Below, one piece after another: positions 61,739 to 64,000 of a stretch of 64,000 nucleotides of DNA. A model generated the notes under the pieces. It worked only from the letters and a program-made list of their open reading frames with translations. It ran no database searches and was not told where the DNA came from. The position numbers and the translations under genes were made by a program. The DNA is from Candidatus Latescibacterota bacterium (GTDB lineage: Bacteria; Latescibacterota; UBA2968; UBA8231). The number at the start of each line of letters is the position of its first letter. Position 1 is the first letter of the stretch. The stretch spans positions 4,640,001-4,704,000 of the forward strand of contig OZ253462.1 of assembly GCA_965261395.1 (NCBI GenBank). Reading direction: 5' to 3'.

Positions 61739-62749
61739 ATGTCCCCTGTCTTTCTCTTGCTCCTGACCTTGCTGCCCAGCACGCTCCTAGGCCAAGAGCG
61801 TCCGCCGACGCCAGTCATCGTCGCCGAGGTACTCGAACAACCACTCGTCGAAGACCTTTCCTTTGTCGGACGCATCCAGCCCCGACGCTCCAGCCGCGTC
61901 GCCACCGAGACCGAAGGGCGAGTAGTCAGGCGCTTCACAGAAGCCGGCCAAGCCGTGCGCGCTGGCGACCCACTCTTCAAGTTAGCCAACGATCCGCTCC
62001 AAGCCGCGCTAGCCGAAGCACAGGCCGATTTTTCGCTGCGCCAGTTCAACCACGACCGCAGCCGCCAGTTGCGCGCCACCGACGCGGTCTCCGAGCAAGA
62101 CCTGCGCGACAACGCCTACGAACTGGCTCGCGCCCAAGCCAAGCTAGCCGGTCTCCAAGCACAAGCAGAGGACCTCTTCGTCCGCGCCCCCTTCTCCGGG
62201 CACATCATCCAGACCTTTACCGAGGTTGGACAATGGGTCGGGCGCGGCGGCGAGATTGCCCAAGTAATCTCCATCGACACCGTCCGCGTGTACGTCGAGG
62301 TCCCCGAGCGCCACGTGTCGCAGCTCGCCTTGGGCGACCGCGCAGACATCTTCGTTGATGCCCTCGGCGGCGACCCCATCGCCGGCCGCGTGGCCGTCAT
62401 CCTCGCCGAGGGCTATGCCTCCTCCCACACCTTCCCGGTCATCGTCGGGGCCCTCAACCCAGAAGGCCGGATGCGCAGCAATATGTCCGCACGAGTGCGC
62501 TTCCAGATCGCGCAACCCAAGACATCGCTCCTAGTCCACAAAGACGCCTTAGTCTCCGGCCCACAAGGGCAGGTCGTGTACCTCGCCCGCGAAGGCAAAG
62601 CCGTTAGCCGCCCCGTCCAGACCGGACTGGCGCACAAGGGCTACGTGGCCATTACGGGCGACCTCGCACCCGGCGATCTGACCGTGGTGCGCGGCAACGA
62701 GCGGCTGATGGACGGCCAAGCCGTGCGCATCATCCGCCGGCAGCCATAG
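61739..62749 (+). CDS. RND efflux periplasmic adaptor
   Basis: Lipoyl motifs, VRAPFSG, VVRGNERLMDGQAV. Confidence 0.9.
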   Translation: MSPVFLLLLTLLPSTLLGQERPPTPVIVAEVLEQPLVEDLSFVGRIQPRRSSRVATETEGRVVRRFTEAGQAVRAGDPLFKLANDPLQAALAEAQADFSLRQFNHDRSRQLRATDAVSEQDLRDNAYELARAQAKLAGLQAQAEDLFVRAPFSGHIIQTFTEVGQWVGRGGEIAQVISIDTVRVYVEVPERHVSQLALGDRADIFVDALGGDPIAGRVAVILAEGYASSHTFPVIVGALNPEGRMRSNMSARVRFQIAQPKTSLLVHKDALVSGPQGQVVYLAREGKAVSRPVQTGLAHKGYVAITGDLAPGDLTVVRGNERLMDGQAVRIIRRQP

Positions 62750-62753
62750 CCTC

Positions 62754-64000
62754 ATGCACCTAGTCGATACCGCCATCAAGCGGCCCGTCAGCGTGATCGT
62801 CGGCGTGCTCTTTATCGCGCTCTTCGGCCTGATATCCCTCTTCCGCATCCCCGTTCAGCTCACCCCAGATGTCGATCGGCCCATAGTCACGGTCACTACC
62901 TTGTGGCCGGGCGCTAGCCCCGAAGAAGTCGAGCAAGAGATCGTCCAGCGCCAAGAGGAACAGCTCAAAAGCGTCGAGGGACTGGTGCTGATGACCAGCG
63001 AGAGCAACGACAGTCGCGGGGTCGTCTCCCTCGAATTCAACGTCGGCGTCGATCCAGACGCAGTGCTGCTGTTGGTCTCCAACAAGCTCGACCAAGTCTT
63101 CGGCTATCCGCTCGACGCCGAGCGACCCGTGCTCTCGGCCGGCGGCACCGGCCCAGGCGGGGCCATCACTTGGCTGATCCTCGACTCTCTGCCCGGCCGC
63201 GACGATCTGGATATCGAGCGCTACCGCGACTACGCCGAGGAAGCCGTCAAGACCGCCCTTGAGCGCGTGCCCGGCGTGGCCCGCAGCAACGTCTATGGCG
63301 GCTACGACCGCCAGCTACAAGTCATTGTCGATCCGCAGGCCATGGCCGCCCGCCAGCTCACCGTGCAAGACCTAGCCCAAGCCCTCGTCCGCGAAAACAC
63401 CAATACCAGCGCTGGGGCCTTTGACGAGGGCAAGCGCCGCTACATCGTGCGCACCGTCGGCCAGTACCAACAGCCCAGCGACATCGAGCAGGTCGTCGTC
63501 CGCTCGGCCAATGGCACCCGGGTCACCGTCGGCGAAATCGCCCGCACCCGCCTTGGCTATGTCCGCGCCGGGGCCGCTGTGCGGCAAAAGGGCCGACCCG
63601 CCATTGCCATCAATGCCCAGCGCGAGACCGGGGCCAACGTCCTCGAAGTTATGGACGGCATCCGTCTCACCATCCGGGAACTCAACGAGGGGGCGCTGGC
63701 CCGCGAGGGCCTCTTCCTCACTCAGGTGTACGACGAGACCGACTACATAGAAAGCGCCATCGGCTTGGTGCGCTCCAACATCATCGTCGGCGGCGCGCTG
63801 GCCGTGATGGTGCTCTTTATCTTTCTACGCAGCGTCAGTTCGGTGGCGATCATCGCCACGGCCATCCCGATCTCGATCGTCGGCACCTTTTTGGCCATGT
63901 GGCTTTTGGGCCGCAACATCAACGTCATTAGCCTAGCTGGGATGAGCTTTGCGGTGGGCATGGTCATCGACAACGCCATCGTCGCGCTCGAAAACATTTT
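62754..64000 (+). CDS. RND efflux permease (AcrB/CzcA family), truncated by the window end
   Basis: MHLVDTAIKRPVSV, PVQLTPDV, WPGASPEEVE, NVISLAGMSFAVGMVIDNAIV.LENI. Confidence 0.93.
   Translation, partial: MHLVDTAIKRPVSVIVGVLFIALFGLISLFRIPVQLTPDVDRPIVTVTTLWPGASPEEVEQEIVQRQEEQLKSVEGLVLMTSESNDSRGVVSLEFNVGVDPDAVLLLVSNKLDQVFGYPLDAERPVLSAGGTGPGGAITWLILDSLPGRDDLDIERYRDYAEEAVKTALERVPGVARSNVYGGYDRQLQVIVDPQAMAARQLTVQDLAQALVRENTNTSAGAFDEGKRRYIVRTVGQYQQPSDIEQVVVRSANGTRVTVGEIARTRLGYVRAGAAVRQKGRPAIAINAQRETGANVLEVMDGIRLTIRELNEGALAREGLFLTQVYDETDYIESAIGLVRSNIIVGGALAVMVLFIFLRSVSSVAIIATAIPISIVGTFLAMWLLGRNINVISLAGMSFAVGMVIDNAIVALENI

Overview
GC-rich (~60%+) bacterial chromosomal segment. The gene repertoire (PhyH dioxygenase, enolase-superfamily and amidohydrolase catabolic genes, many TA genes, Omp85-peptidase fusion) suggests a Latescibacterota/Gemmatimonadota-like heterotroph; that placement is inference only. 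The backbone carries MacAB-type and RND efflux genes, speD, an NtrC-type two-component system, an MbnP/MbnH-like pair, HU/IHF, thrB, obgE, dnaB, UDG, coaBC, an archaeal-type cmk, yicC, an Omp85 cluster and a DapF-like enzyme with Ser in place of both catalytic Cys. Three accessory blocks interrupt otherwise tightly coupled gene runs. (1) A 7.3-kb integrase-less island (14522-21871) is bounded by a 52-bp duplication of the 3' end of an aminotransferase gene, has symmetric internal 21-bp repeats, and carries a self-contained sigma54 module (activator, -24/-12 promoter, channel-like protein, frameshifted permease, glutamate dehydrogenase). (2) A 7-kb defence/TA block (~24300-31310) holds a single-chain RM enzyme, a candidate two-gene HEPN system and an antitoxin-rich TA cluster. 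(3) A 6.2-kb integrase-less island (52703-58948) is bounded by a 33-bp duplication and separates a phosphorylase-like gene from a SplB-like radical SAM/SDR pair. Other notable items are a candidate translational control element before speD, a Tpt1/ART-like-HEAT fusion and a 100-bp MITE. No rRNA, tRNA or CRISPR array was seen.
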